This document shows, in pieces, positions 6,709 through 13,980 of a stretch of DNA of 13,980 nucleotides (its first letter is position 1; each line of letters begins with the position of its first letter). Under the pieces are notes generated by a model that was not told the DNA's origin, ran no database searches, and saw only the letters and a program-made list of their open reading frames with translations. The position numbers were made by a program, and so were the translations under genes. This DNA comes from Archangium sp. (GTDB taxonomy: Bacteria > Myxococcota > Myxococcia > Myxococcales > Myxococcaceae), in assembly GCA_031367385.1 (NCBI GenBank), contig JANLPS010000478.1:1-13980 (forward strand), given 5' to 3'.

Positions 6709-7584
6709 ATGTTGACCGTGAATGAAGTCGACGCGCTCTGCCAGAGCTCGCAGCCCAAGATCGAACAGATGCGCGCGGCGATTCGCGGGTACGGCTCGGC
6801 GCTCGTCGCCTTCTCAGGCGGCGTCGATTCGACCTTCGTGCTCAAGGTCGCGGTCGAAGAGCTCGGCGAAAAGGCGCTCGCGTTGACCGCGCTTTCACCC
6901 TCGGTCGCGCCCGACGAGGCCGACGAAGCGAAGCAGCTCGCCAGCTCGATCGGCGCCCGACACCTCGTCGTCAACTCGTACGAGCTCGATGACCCGCGGT
7001 ACTCGGCCAACCCGTCGAACCGCTGCTACTTCTGCAAGACCGAGCTCTACGGCATCACCGAGAAGACCCGAGAAGCACAAGGCCTCGCGGTGGTGCTCGA
7101 TGGCTTCAACGCCGATGACAAGAAAGACCACCGGCCCGGCCACCAGGCCGCTCGCGAGCGCGCTGTCGTCTCGCCCCTGGGTGACGCGGGGCTCACCAAA
7201 GTCGAGATTCGTGCCTGGTCGCAGCGGCTCGGCCTCCCCACGTGGGACAAACCGCAGATGGCCTGTTTGGCCTCGCGCCTGCCCTACGGCACCCAGGTCA
7301 CCGTCGAGCGCCTCACCAAGGTCGGAGGCGCTGAAAAAGCCCTCCGCGCCCTGGGGCTGCGCACGTTTCGGGTTCGCTACCACGGCGAAGTGGCCCGCCT
7401 CGAGGTCGCCGCCGAGGAGCTCGCGCTGCTCTCACAGCCTGAATTTCGGTCAGCCGTTGATCAGGCTGTGAAAAAACAGGGGTTTACGTTCGTCGCGGTT
7501 GACCTCGAACCGTTCAGATCTGGCCGGCTCAACGATTCGCTCAAACCAGCGGTTTCAAGCGTTTCTCTGCCAGTGATCGGGTGA
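6709..7584 (+). CDS. larE: LarE-family ATP-dependent sulfur insertase (PP-loop)
   Basis: VAFSGGVDS PP-loop, NP.NRCYFCKTELY, DG.NADD..DHRPG..A, SPL, WDKP.MACLASRLPYG, RVRYHG.VARLEV, GF.FV.VDL..FRSG.LN. Confidence 0.93.
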   Translation: MLTVNEVDALCQSSQPKIEQMRAAIRGYGSALVAFSGGVDSTFVLKVAVEELGEKALALTALSPSVAPDEADEAKQLASSIGARHLVVNSYELDDPRYSANPSNRCYFCKTELYGITEKTREAQGLAVVLDGFNADDKKDHRPGHQAARERAVVSPLGDAGLTKVEIRAWSQRLGLPTWDKPQMACLASRLPYGTQVTVERLTKVGGAEKALRALGLRTFRVRYHGEVARLEVAAEELALLSQPEFRSAVDQAVKKQGFTFVAVDLEPFRSGRLNDSLKPAVSSVSLPVIG

Positions 7585-7689
7585 CGGAAGCGAGCAAGTC
7601 GGGTATGGGCGCACACGGTAGTCAACAAGACTACCTGTCGCGGCGATAACCCTTCGTCAGTTCGTTTTGGCCGGTTTGAGGCACCTTTC

Positions 7690-10308
7690 ATGCGCAATTT
7701 CAGCACCGTGCTCGCTTCGCGAGCCCAAGCCCGTTTCGTGTTTGCCGTCATCGCCACGCTGGTGATGTTCGGTTGTTCAAGCTCCACGTCGGGTTGCTCG
7801 GGCATGACGCCGATACCGACGGGCCGCTACGCGGGCGTGAAGAATGACAACGCGGTGAACGTGCGCATCACCGGCAACGGCATCACGTACATCAACAGCA
7901 ATTGGCAGAGCTTGGTCGAGGCGTTCGCGCCTGGCGGCCACCTCGACGTGTCGATACCGTGCACGAAGCTCTCTGGTGTGCCGGTGATCGGAGACGTCTA
8001 CGTCGCCGACCAGGGCAACGCGAGCGGCAGCGGCAAACTCGACGGGCAGTGCGACGGCCAAGACCTGCCGGCGAAGGTGGCGGTCACCATCACCAGCTTC
8101 AAGCTCTTGCCCCAGGCCCCCGACAAGATCTCAGCCGAGATCGCGGTGAACATCGATACCGGCAAGATCTTCGCGCAGAACCCGCACTCGTTGTGCGACC
8201 TCAAGTGCAGCCTCGTGTACAACAACAGCCCCCAGGGCAACGCGTTCGCCACGGTGATTCGGTTCACCGTCGACACCAAGTGGGACAAGCTGCTCGCCTT
8301 CGACATCGCGTCGATTGACGGCACCGACGTGTGCGGCGCTTCGGGTGCTCCTCCGAAGCCCAGATGCTTAGACCCTGATCAGATCAACCTGAGCCGCGAA
8401 TCGGGCTTCTGCGGGTTCGCCTGCGACGCCGCCGATTGGGCGCCGGTCAAAGACTTCGTGCTCAAGTTCGCTTCGCCCCTGATTCAGAAGCAGATCGAGG
8501 CCGCCGCGAAGAGCCAGTCGTGCCAGTCGTGCGGAGCGGGCAAACCAGGCTGCCCCCAGTTGGCGAACGCGGCCTCGACGTGCGTGAACTCGGGCGACGG
8601 CGCGGCCTGCAGTGGCACCAGCTGCTACTGCAAAGACACGGCGACCAACATCTGCGTGCCCCGGTTGCTCGGCGTCGAAGGCCGGGTCTCGGTGGCTCCG
8701 CTGCTCGCCTCGTTCGGAGTCGCCGGTGACGCCGCGATGGACCTGAGCGTCGCCTTGGGCAGCTCGGCGACGATTGATCAGGGCATCAGCTTGGGTACCC
8801 GCGTCGGGGTGCAAGCGGTGACCGTGGCCGGGTGCGTGACTCCGCAGCCGTCACCCTCGATTCTCACCGTGCCTGCGCCGAACTTCGACGGCGAAGCGAC
8901 CCCCGGCTCGATGTACCACGTGGGGTTGGGCATCTCGTCGTCGTTCTTGAACGTCGCCTTTCACCAGGCGCAGCAAGCCGGAGCGCTCTGCCTGCAGCTC
9001 GGCACCGCTAACGTGGGCCTGATCAACACCGGCTTGTTCAAGACCTTCTTGCCCTCGCTGGGCCGGCTGGCGACCCGCGATGGCAAAGACGCGCCGATGA
9101 TGGTTGCGCTGCGACCGGGCCGTGCGCCGTTGGTCACGGTGGGCTTGGGCACCTACGACCCGGTGACCAAGCGGCCCATCAAGCCGCTGCTCACCATGTC
9201 GCTGCCCGAGCTGAGCATCGACATCTACGCGCTGATCGACGACCGCTACGCGCGCCTGTTCACCCTCACCGCCGACGTGGCCTTGCCGATGTCGCTGATC
9301 TTCGAAGGCTGCGACAAGGTCAGCCCCGCGCTGGGTGACTTGAAGATGTTGGTCACCAACATCAAGACCTCGAACAGCGAGCTGCTCGCCGAAGACCCGA
9401 AGGTGCTCGAAGACTTGATCCCCGCGGTGATCGGCTTGGCTGAGCCCGCGCTGGCGAGCCTGCTGCAACCCTTCGCGTTGCCCACGCTCGGCTCGTTCAA
9501 GATGAAGGTCAACGAGACCAAGGGCATCGGCAACATCGCGGGCTCCGAGGCGTACAACCACCTTGGCATCTACGCGACCCTGCTGCCCTCGGGCGCGACC
9601 TGCGCGGTCTCTGCGCCCCGCACCGTCGTCTCGCTCAAAGAGACCGTGATGCCCAAGGCCGCCGAGATGCGGTTGGCAGGTCACGCGCTGCCGTGGCCGA
9701 AAGCCATTCTCGACGTGAAGGCGCTCGGCAAAGACGGCTCGCCCGAGTTCGCCTACAAAATCGATGACGGCATGTGGTCGACCTTCTTGGTGGCGACCGA
9801 TGGGTTGCTCGAGGTCTCGCACCCGCGCTTCTTGCTGCAGGGCACGCACACGATTTGGGTGCGCTCGCGCGTCTCAGAAGATCAGCACGGCATCTCGGCG
9901 CCCGAGCAAATTTCTTTCGTCGTCGATTGGGACGCGCCGACCGTGAGCCTCACGGCCGACCCCAGCGCCGACCGGGTGATGGTCACTGCGCACGACGTGG
10001 TCACTGCCGACACGGCACTGCAGTACGCGTACGCGGTGGGCAAGGGCGGCTTCGGTGCCTTCGGCCCGGCGCGTGAGGTTTCGCTCAGCGCGGTCGAAGC
10101 GCAGGGTGGGGTGACCGTGCAGGTTCGCGACGAGCTGGGCAACGTGGGCGAGGCGACGTACCGCGCTCCGACGGTGGCGCTGCGCGCTGACTCAGAAGGC
10201 GCTGACTCGGTCTCGCACACCATGCCTCTGGCCGGCTGCTCGTCGGTTGGCGGGCTCGAAGTGCTCGGCCTGTTGGCCCTGGCGGCGATTCGTCGCCGTC
10301 GGTCGTAA
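7690..10308 (+). CDS. Large Cys-rich exported lipoprotein with MYXO-CTERM-type C-terminal sorting signal
   Basis: 872 aa; lipobox-like VMFG-C (Cys29) after a hydrophobic stretch; many paired Cys; C-terminus GCSSVGGLEVLGLLALAAIRRRRS (GC motif + TM + Arg cluster). Confidence 0.85.
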   Translation: MRNFSTVLASRAQARFVFAVIATLVMFGCSSSTSGCSGMTPIPTGRYAGVKNDNAVNVRITGNGITYINSNWQSLVEAFAPGGHLDVSIPCTKLSGVPVIGDVYVADQGNASGSGKLDGQCDGQDLPAKVAVTITSFKLLPQAPDKISAEIAVNIDTGKIFAQNPHSLCDLKCSLVYNNSPQGNAFATVIRFTVDTKWDKLLAFDIASIDGTDVCGASGAPPKPRCLDPDQINLSRESGFCGFACDAADWAPVKDFVLKFASPLIQKQIEAAAKSQSCQSCGAGKPGCPQLANAASTCVNSGDGAACSGTSCYCKDTATNICVPRLLGVEGRVSVAPLLASFGVAGDAAMDLSVALGSSATIDQGISLGTRVGVQAVTVAGCVTPQPSPSILTVPAPNFDGEATPGSMYHVGLGISSSFLNVAFHQAQQAGALCLQLGTANVGLINTGLFKTFLPSLGRLATRDGKDAPMMVALRPGRAPLVTVGLGTYDPVTKRPIKPLLTMSLPELSIDIYALIDDRYARLFTLTADVALPMSLIFEGCDKVSPALGDLKMLVTNIKTSNSELLAEDPKVLEDLIPAVIGLAEPALASLLQPFALPTLGSFKMKVNETKGIGNIAGSEAYNHLGIYATLLPSGATCAVSAPRTVVSLKETVMPKAAEMRLAGHALPWPKAILDVKALGKDGSPEFAYKIDDGMWSTFLVATDGLLEVSHPRFLLQGTHTIWVRSRVSEDQHGISAPEQISFVVDWDAPTVSLTADPSADRVMVTAHDVVTADTALQYAYAVGKGGFGAFGPAREVSLSAVEAQGGVTVQVRDELGNVGEATYRAPTVALRADSEGADSVSHTMPLAGCSSVGGLEVLGLLALAAIRRRRS

Positions 10309-10358
10309 GCGCACCGTGAATCTGAGGTGGCTCACCGGGCACCACCCAGGGGCCCGCT

Positions 10359-10444
10359 CTCTCATGGTGAGCCTGTCGAACCACATGGTGAGCCCACCCC
10401 TCTCATGGTGAGCCCAACCCTCTCATGGTGAGCTTGTCGAACCA
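10359..10444. repeat. Tandem array of four CATGGTGAGC-core units (REP-like)
   Basis: Core CATGGTGAGC at 10363, 10384, 10404, 10424 (period 21,20,20). Outer copies CTCTCATGGTGAGC(C/T)TGTCGAACCA at 10359-10383 and 10420-10444 differ at 1 of 25 nt; inner copies CATGGTGAGCCCA(C/A)CCCTCT. Confidence 0.92.
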
Positions 10445-10946
10445 TGCACGCACCGCCCTCCTGGCGCTCTGCCTGGCCGCCCCCTCGGCCAGCGCAGAAG
10501 ACGCCTACGAGCACAAAGGCTCGCTGGGCCTCATCGTCTCGGGCGGCGCAGAAGTTCGCTCCTCGGTCGTCACCACCACCACCGGTGACAACGGCTTTCG
10601 CGGAGACCTCGACATCGGTGGCACCTTCGCCTTCGGCCGCCATTGGAACGCGCTGCTCGAAGGTCGCGTGTCGCTCGGTGGCACGCTCACCGGTGTGGCC
10701 TTCATCGTCGGCCTCCGAAACTTCTTCGGTGAGCGCTTCAAGACCTTCTTCGATCTCTCGCTCGCGATTCACGCCACGCCCGGAGTCACCATCGGCCCCC
10801 GCATCGCGTTCGGCGTGCAGTACGAGCTCTCACCCGTCATCGGCGTCTTCGCGCTCGGCGCGGTGCAGTTCAGCGGCGGCCAGGGCCTGCGCCTGATCGG
10901 CGAGCTGATGGCCGGCGCACAATTTCGCACCTACCTCTTCGAATAA
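10425..10946 (+). CDS. Putative small outer-membrane beta-barrel protein; start uncertain because it lies in the repeat
   Basis: Signal-peptide-like ALLALCLAAPSASA-E, about 8 amphipathic Gly/aromatic strands, C-terminal AGAQFRTYLFE. Confidence 0.75.
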   Translation: MVSLSNHARTALLALCLAAPSASAEDAYEHKGSLGLIVSGGAEVRSSVVTTTTGDNGFRGDLDIGGTFAFGRHWNALLEGRVSLGGTLTGVAFIVGLRNFFGERFKTFFDLSLAIHATPGVTIGPRIAFGVQYELSPVIGVFALGAVQFSGGQGLRLIGELMAGAQFRTYLFE

Positions 10947-10960
10947 TGCAGCCCGGTTTT

Positions 10961-11020
10961 TTGACGTGTCTCGAACATGTGGGACCATGTGTGCATCTGT
11001 ACGGAGGAGCACACACATGG
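10961..11020 (+). promoter_or_regulatory. Putative promoter/operator region of the RHH gene
   Basis: TTGACG at 10961-10966; 9-bp inverted repeat CCATGTGTG (10985-10993) / CACACATGG (11012-11020) bracketing SD GGAGGA (11003-11008) and the ATG. Confidence 0.45.
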
Positions 11021-11184
11021 ACGACACGAACACGCGGCTCACCTCAGTGGTTTTTCGGCTCAACCGAGATCGCCTCGATCTACTGAAAGACCTCTCGCGC
11101 GAGACCCGCATTCGCCAAAGCGAGTACCTGCGCGAAGCGATCAGCGACCTCATCGAGAAGTACGAAGACCGCTTGATAGACTGA
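11017..11184 (+). CDS. Ribbon-helix-helix DNA-binding protein (55 aa)
   Basis: Strong SD GGAGGA then ATG 11017; strand TSVVFRL, helix RDRLDLLKDLSRET, helix QSEYLREAISDLIEKY. Confidence 0.85.
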   Translation: MDDTNTRLTSVVFRLNRDRLDLLKDLSRETRIRQSEYLREAISDLIEKYEDRLID

Positions 11185-11285
11185 GGTGGCAGATGTGGGC
11201 CACGTGCCCCTGCGTTTGCGATTGGTAGCCGGCAAACGCAGCTCCGTGGTACCAACCCTTCAGCGCAGCGAAGCTGTTGGAGGGT

Positions 11286-12119
11286 ATGGCGCACATGGGC
11301 AGTGAGCAGACCTGGCTATACCGACAGGGCGATTTGATTCTCGGCCCCGTCCCCACCAATGCATTGATCGACAAGCTGTTCACCGGCGAGGTGAACCGTG
11401 CGTCTGAAGTGCAGGTGATGGGCAGCGGCGTCTTTCGACGCATCGAGCAAGTGCCCGAGCTGATGGTGCACCTCGCCAAGGCCGAGGCCAAGCTGCGCAT
11501 CGATGCCCAGGCCGCCGCGCACCAGAGCTCGGTCAAGAAGCGCACCCGCACCGTCATCGGCATCGGCGCCGGCGTGCTGCTCGCGGTCGGCGTCGTCGTC
11601 GCGGTCGTCGGCCAATACGTCGCCGTGCACGCCGGCGGAGTCGACGATCAATACGCCAACATCAGCCTCGACACGCCGATGATCGGCAAGGCGCGCAGCT
11701 CCGACACCAATGAGTTCGTCGACTACACCGGGCCTGGTGGCAAGAAGCCCACCGCGGTCGCCGCTCGGGTGGGCAACCCCGGTTCGGGCAGCGCAGGCAA
11801 GCCCCGCATGGGCACCGCCGACACCGAAGGCCTGCAGATGGGGGAGGCTGATCAAGACATGATCAACGGCGTCATCGCGGCCAACAAGAAGACCCTGTTC
11901 CCCTGCCTCAAAGCCATCGCCAAACAGGGCGAGGCGATCAAGGTGCCGCTCGAGTTTGCCCTCGCCGAGACCGGCAAGGTCACCAAGGTGTGGGTCGACA
12001 ACCCCGACTTGAAAGATTCGGGGCTGCAGGAGTGCGTGTTCGCCGAGCTGCAGAAGTGGCCGTTCAAGCCCGGGTCATCGGGCACCAGCGTCAAGCTCTC
12101 GTTCAACGTCGGCAAGTGA
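11286..12119 (+). CDS. Bitopic membrane protein: N-terminal GYF_2-like domain, TM, C-terminal AgmX/PglI (TonB-C-like) domain
   Basis: WLYRQGDLILGPV (GYF_2-like), TM VIGIGAGVLLAVGVVVAVVG, flexible linker, then INGVIAANKKTLFPCL...LEFALAETGKV..V...LQECV..LQKWPF. Start 11286 or 11295. Confidence 0.75.
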   Translation: MAHMGSEQTWLYRQGDLILGPVPTNALIDKLFTGEVNRASEVQVMGSGVFRRIEQVPELMVHLAKAEAKLRIDAQAAAHQSSVKKRTRTVIGIGAGVLLAVGVVVAVVGQYVAVHAGGVDDQYANISLDTPMIGKARSSDTNEFVDYTGPGGKKPTAVAARVGNPGSGSAGKPRMGTADTEGLQMGEADQDMINGVIAANKKTLFPCLKAIAKQGEAIKVPLEFALAETGKVTKVWVDNPDLKDSGLQECVFAELQKWPFKPGSSGTSVKLSFNVGK

Positions 12120-12165
12120 AACTGATCAGTTGAACGAAATCTCGGCGGCTGCTCAAAGCGTCGCC

Positions 12166-12795
12166 ATGAACGTTGAAGAACACCCGCGTCGCCGTGGCTC
12201 CGAACACTCGGGCGCCTCAGGGTCGATGCGTCAAACCGTGGTTCTGGCCGCCAAGCGCTACAAGTCGTCGTGGGTCGATCTGGGCAAGCTGCTGGTGCAG
12301 GTGCGTGATCAGGCGATGTACGAGGAGTGGGGGTTTCCCAACTTCGAGGCGTATTGCCTGGCGGAGCTGCGCATTCGCAAGCAAACCGCCATGAAGCTGA
12401 CGCGAAACTTCAGCTTTCTCGACAAGCACGAGCCCGAGCGCATGCAGGGCAGCGATATCGTCGAGCGGGCTCCCGCGTTCGAGGTCGTCGAGGTGCTGGC
12501 CCAGGCTGAAGAACGGGGTCAGTTGTCAGCCCAAGAGTATAAAAGCATTCGCGATTCAATCTGGAACCAGGAGCGCCCGGTCTCAGAGCTGAGAAGAGAA
12601 GTGGTCGAGAAATTTCCGCCTCCGGAGCCCGAGCCGCTCTCAGACGGTGCCGCGCTGCGGCGTCTGGTCGGGCTGGCCAAGAAGCTCTCGGCCGAGGTGC
12701 ATGGCACGAAGCACGTGCCGAAGGCGGTAGGTGAACGTGTGGACGCTTTGGTCGAAGACCTCGAGTCGCTGTTGGCAGCCAAAGCCAAAGCCTGA
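12166..12795 (+). CDS. Hypothetical helical protein, possible DNA-binding/partition-like
   Basis: ATG 12166 (TTG 12130 alternative); motif WVDLGKLLVQVRDQAMYEEWGFPNFEAYCLAELRIRKQTAMKL; host-like codon usage. Confidence 0.75.
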   Translation: MNVEEHPRRRGSEHSGASGSMRQTVVLAAKRYKSSWVDLGKLLVQVRDQAMYEEWGFPNFEAYCLAELRIRKQTAMKLTRNFSFLDKHEPERMQGSDIVERAPAFEVVEVLAQAEERGQLSAQEYKSIRDSIWNQERPVSELRREVVEKFPPPEPEPLSDGAALRRLVGLAKKLSAEVHGTKHVPKAVGERVDALVEDLESLLAAKAKA

Positions 12796-12913
12796 TTGAC
12801 TGCCTGAACGGCGGCGGGGTGGCATTCTTGAAGGGCTATTGTTTCTTCAGAATGGTTCGAGGCGGTTACAGTTAAGAGTCTGGGTCTGGGTCTGCGCTGC
12901 ACAGGAGGTCGTT

Positions 12914-13980
12914 TTGAAGAAGGGTGAGCATCACGTCAACCTCTCGTGCTCGTTCTGCGGCAAGTCGCAGCGCGAGGTGCGCAAGCTCATCGCCGGGCCC
13001 ACCGTCTACATTTGCGACGAGTGCATCAAGCTGTGCAACGACATCATCGCCGAAGAGAACGAGAAAGAAGACTCGAAGCCCGCGGTTGCCCTGCCGACTC
13101 CGCTCGAAATCAAGACGTTTCTCGATGACTACGTGGTCGGCCAAGACTTCGCCAAGAAGGTGCTCTCGGTCGCCGTCTACAACCATTACAAGCGCATCTA
13201 TCAACGCAAGGCTTCAGCGCGGCCCCGGCCAGGCTTGAAGGCGCCGGGCCCCGAAGACGTCGAGATCTCGAAGTCGAACATCTTGCTCGTGGGCCCGACC
13301 GGCTCGGGCAAGACGCTCTTGGCGCAGTCGCTGGCCAAGTTTCTCAACGTGCCCTTCACCATCGCCGACGCGACCAGCCTCACCGAGGCCGGGTATGTGG
13401 GTGAAGACGTCGAGAACATCATTCAGAACCTGCTGCACAACGCCGACTACGACGTTGAAAAGGCCGCCCGCGGCATCGTCTACGTCGACGAAATCGACAA
13501 GATCTCGCGCAAGGGTGGCGACCAGCCGTCAGCCACCCGCGACGTCGGCGGCGAGGGCGTGCAGCAAGCGCTGCTCAAGATCATCGAGGGTACCCGCGCC
13601 AACGTCACTCCGCGCGGCGGCAAGAAGTACAACCAGCAAGAATACATTCAGGTCGACACCAGCAACATTCTCTTCATCTGCGGCGGCGCGTTTCACGGCA
13701 TCGACAGCGTGATTCGCCGGCGGGTGGGCGAGAAGGGCCTGGGCTTCGGCGCCAACATCGAGTCGAAAGAAGACCGCAGCGTCGGAGAGCTGTTGCGCCT
13801 GGTCGAGCCCGACGACTTGATGAAGTTCGGCATGATCCCCGAGTTCATTGGGCGTTTGCCGGTGCTGGCGACCTTGAATGACTTGAAAGAAGACGACCTG
13901 GTCACCATCTTGACCGAGCCCAAGAACGCACTGGTCAAGCAGTACCAGAAGCTGTTCGAGATGGAGAAGGTCAAGCTCTC
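12914..13980 (+). CDS. clpX: ATP-dependent Clp protease ATP-binding subunit ClpX (3' end outside window; absent from the ORF track)
   Basis: SD AGGAGG 12903-12908, TTG 12914; read manually: [37 protein letters not shown] (C4 zinc domain), Walker [18 protein letters not shown] pore loop, Walker [26 protein letters not shown] ClpP-binding loop, PEFIGRLPV. Confidence 0.98.
   Translation, partial: MKKGEHHVNLSCSFCGKSQREVRKLIAGPTVYICDECIKLCNDIIAEENEKEDSKPAVALPTPLEIKTFLDDYVVGQDFAKKVLSVAVYNHYKRIYQRKASARPRPGLKAPGPEDVEISKSNILLVGPTGSGKTLLAQSLAKFLNVPFTIADATSLTEAGYVGEDVENIIQNLLHNADYDVEKAARGIVYVDEIDKISRKGGDQPSATRDVGGEGVQQALLKIIEGTRANVTPRGGKKYNQQEYIQVDTSNILFICGGAFHGIDSVIRRRVGEKGLGFGANIESKEDRSVGELLRLVEPDDLMKFGMIPEFIGRLPVLATLNDLKEDDLVTILTEPKNALVKQYQKLFEMEKVKL

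Noticed and set aside
10359..10444. Repeat array as a mini CRISPR
   Set aside because: Period only 20-21 nt, no unique spacers (intervening parts are themselves repeated), no cas genes in the window.
12796..12875. Sigma32- or sigma54-type promoter before clpX
   Set aside because: CTTGAA and TGGCA are present but no matching CCCCAT or TTGC box at the proper spacing.
12924..13974. Several short ORFs listed in the track
   Set aside because: Off-frame or antisense to clpX, which the track missed because it has no stop in the window.

Overview
GC-rich bacterial chromosomal window, most likely from a myxobacterium (inferred from a MYXO-CTERM-type sorting tail and an AgmX/PglI-like protein). Gene order: 5'-truncated HAMP sensor kinase (+); compact vapBC toxin-antitoxin module with its own promoter and operator-like repeats (+); NarL/LuxR response regulator and NarX-type membrane kinase (-); small hypothetical (+); a sulfur-handling cluster of MoeB/ThiF-like E1, TusA-like sulfur carrier, second degenerate ThiF-like protein, divergent APS-kinase-like protein and CxxC-C type LarE (+); large Cys-rich lipoprotein with MYXO-CTERM; a short tandem repeat at the start of an outer-membrane beta-barrel gene; RHH protein; AgmX/PglI-like membrane protein; conserved-looking hypothetical; 3'-truncated clpX with no clpP directly upstream. 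Best candidate for a new system: the two ThiF/MoeB-like genes are complementary halves. One has the P-loop and Cys motifs but lacks the N-terminal Arg-finger segment, the other has that segment but no P-loop. This suggests a heterodimeric E1 (active + inactive subunit, as in eukaryotic SUMO/NEDD8 E1s) coupled to TusA and possibly LarE. All calls come from motif recognition by eye; no searches were run.
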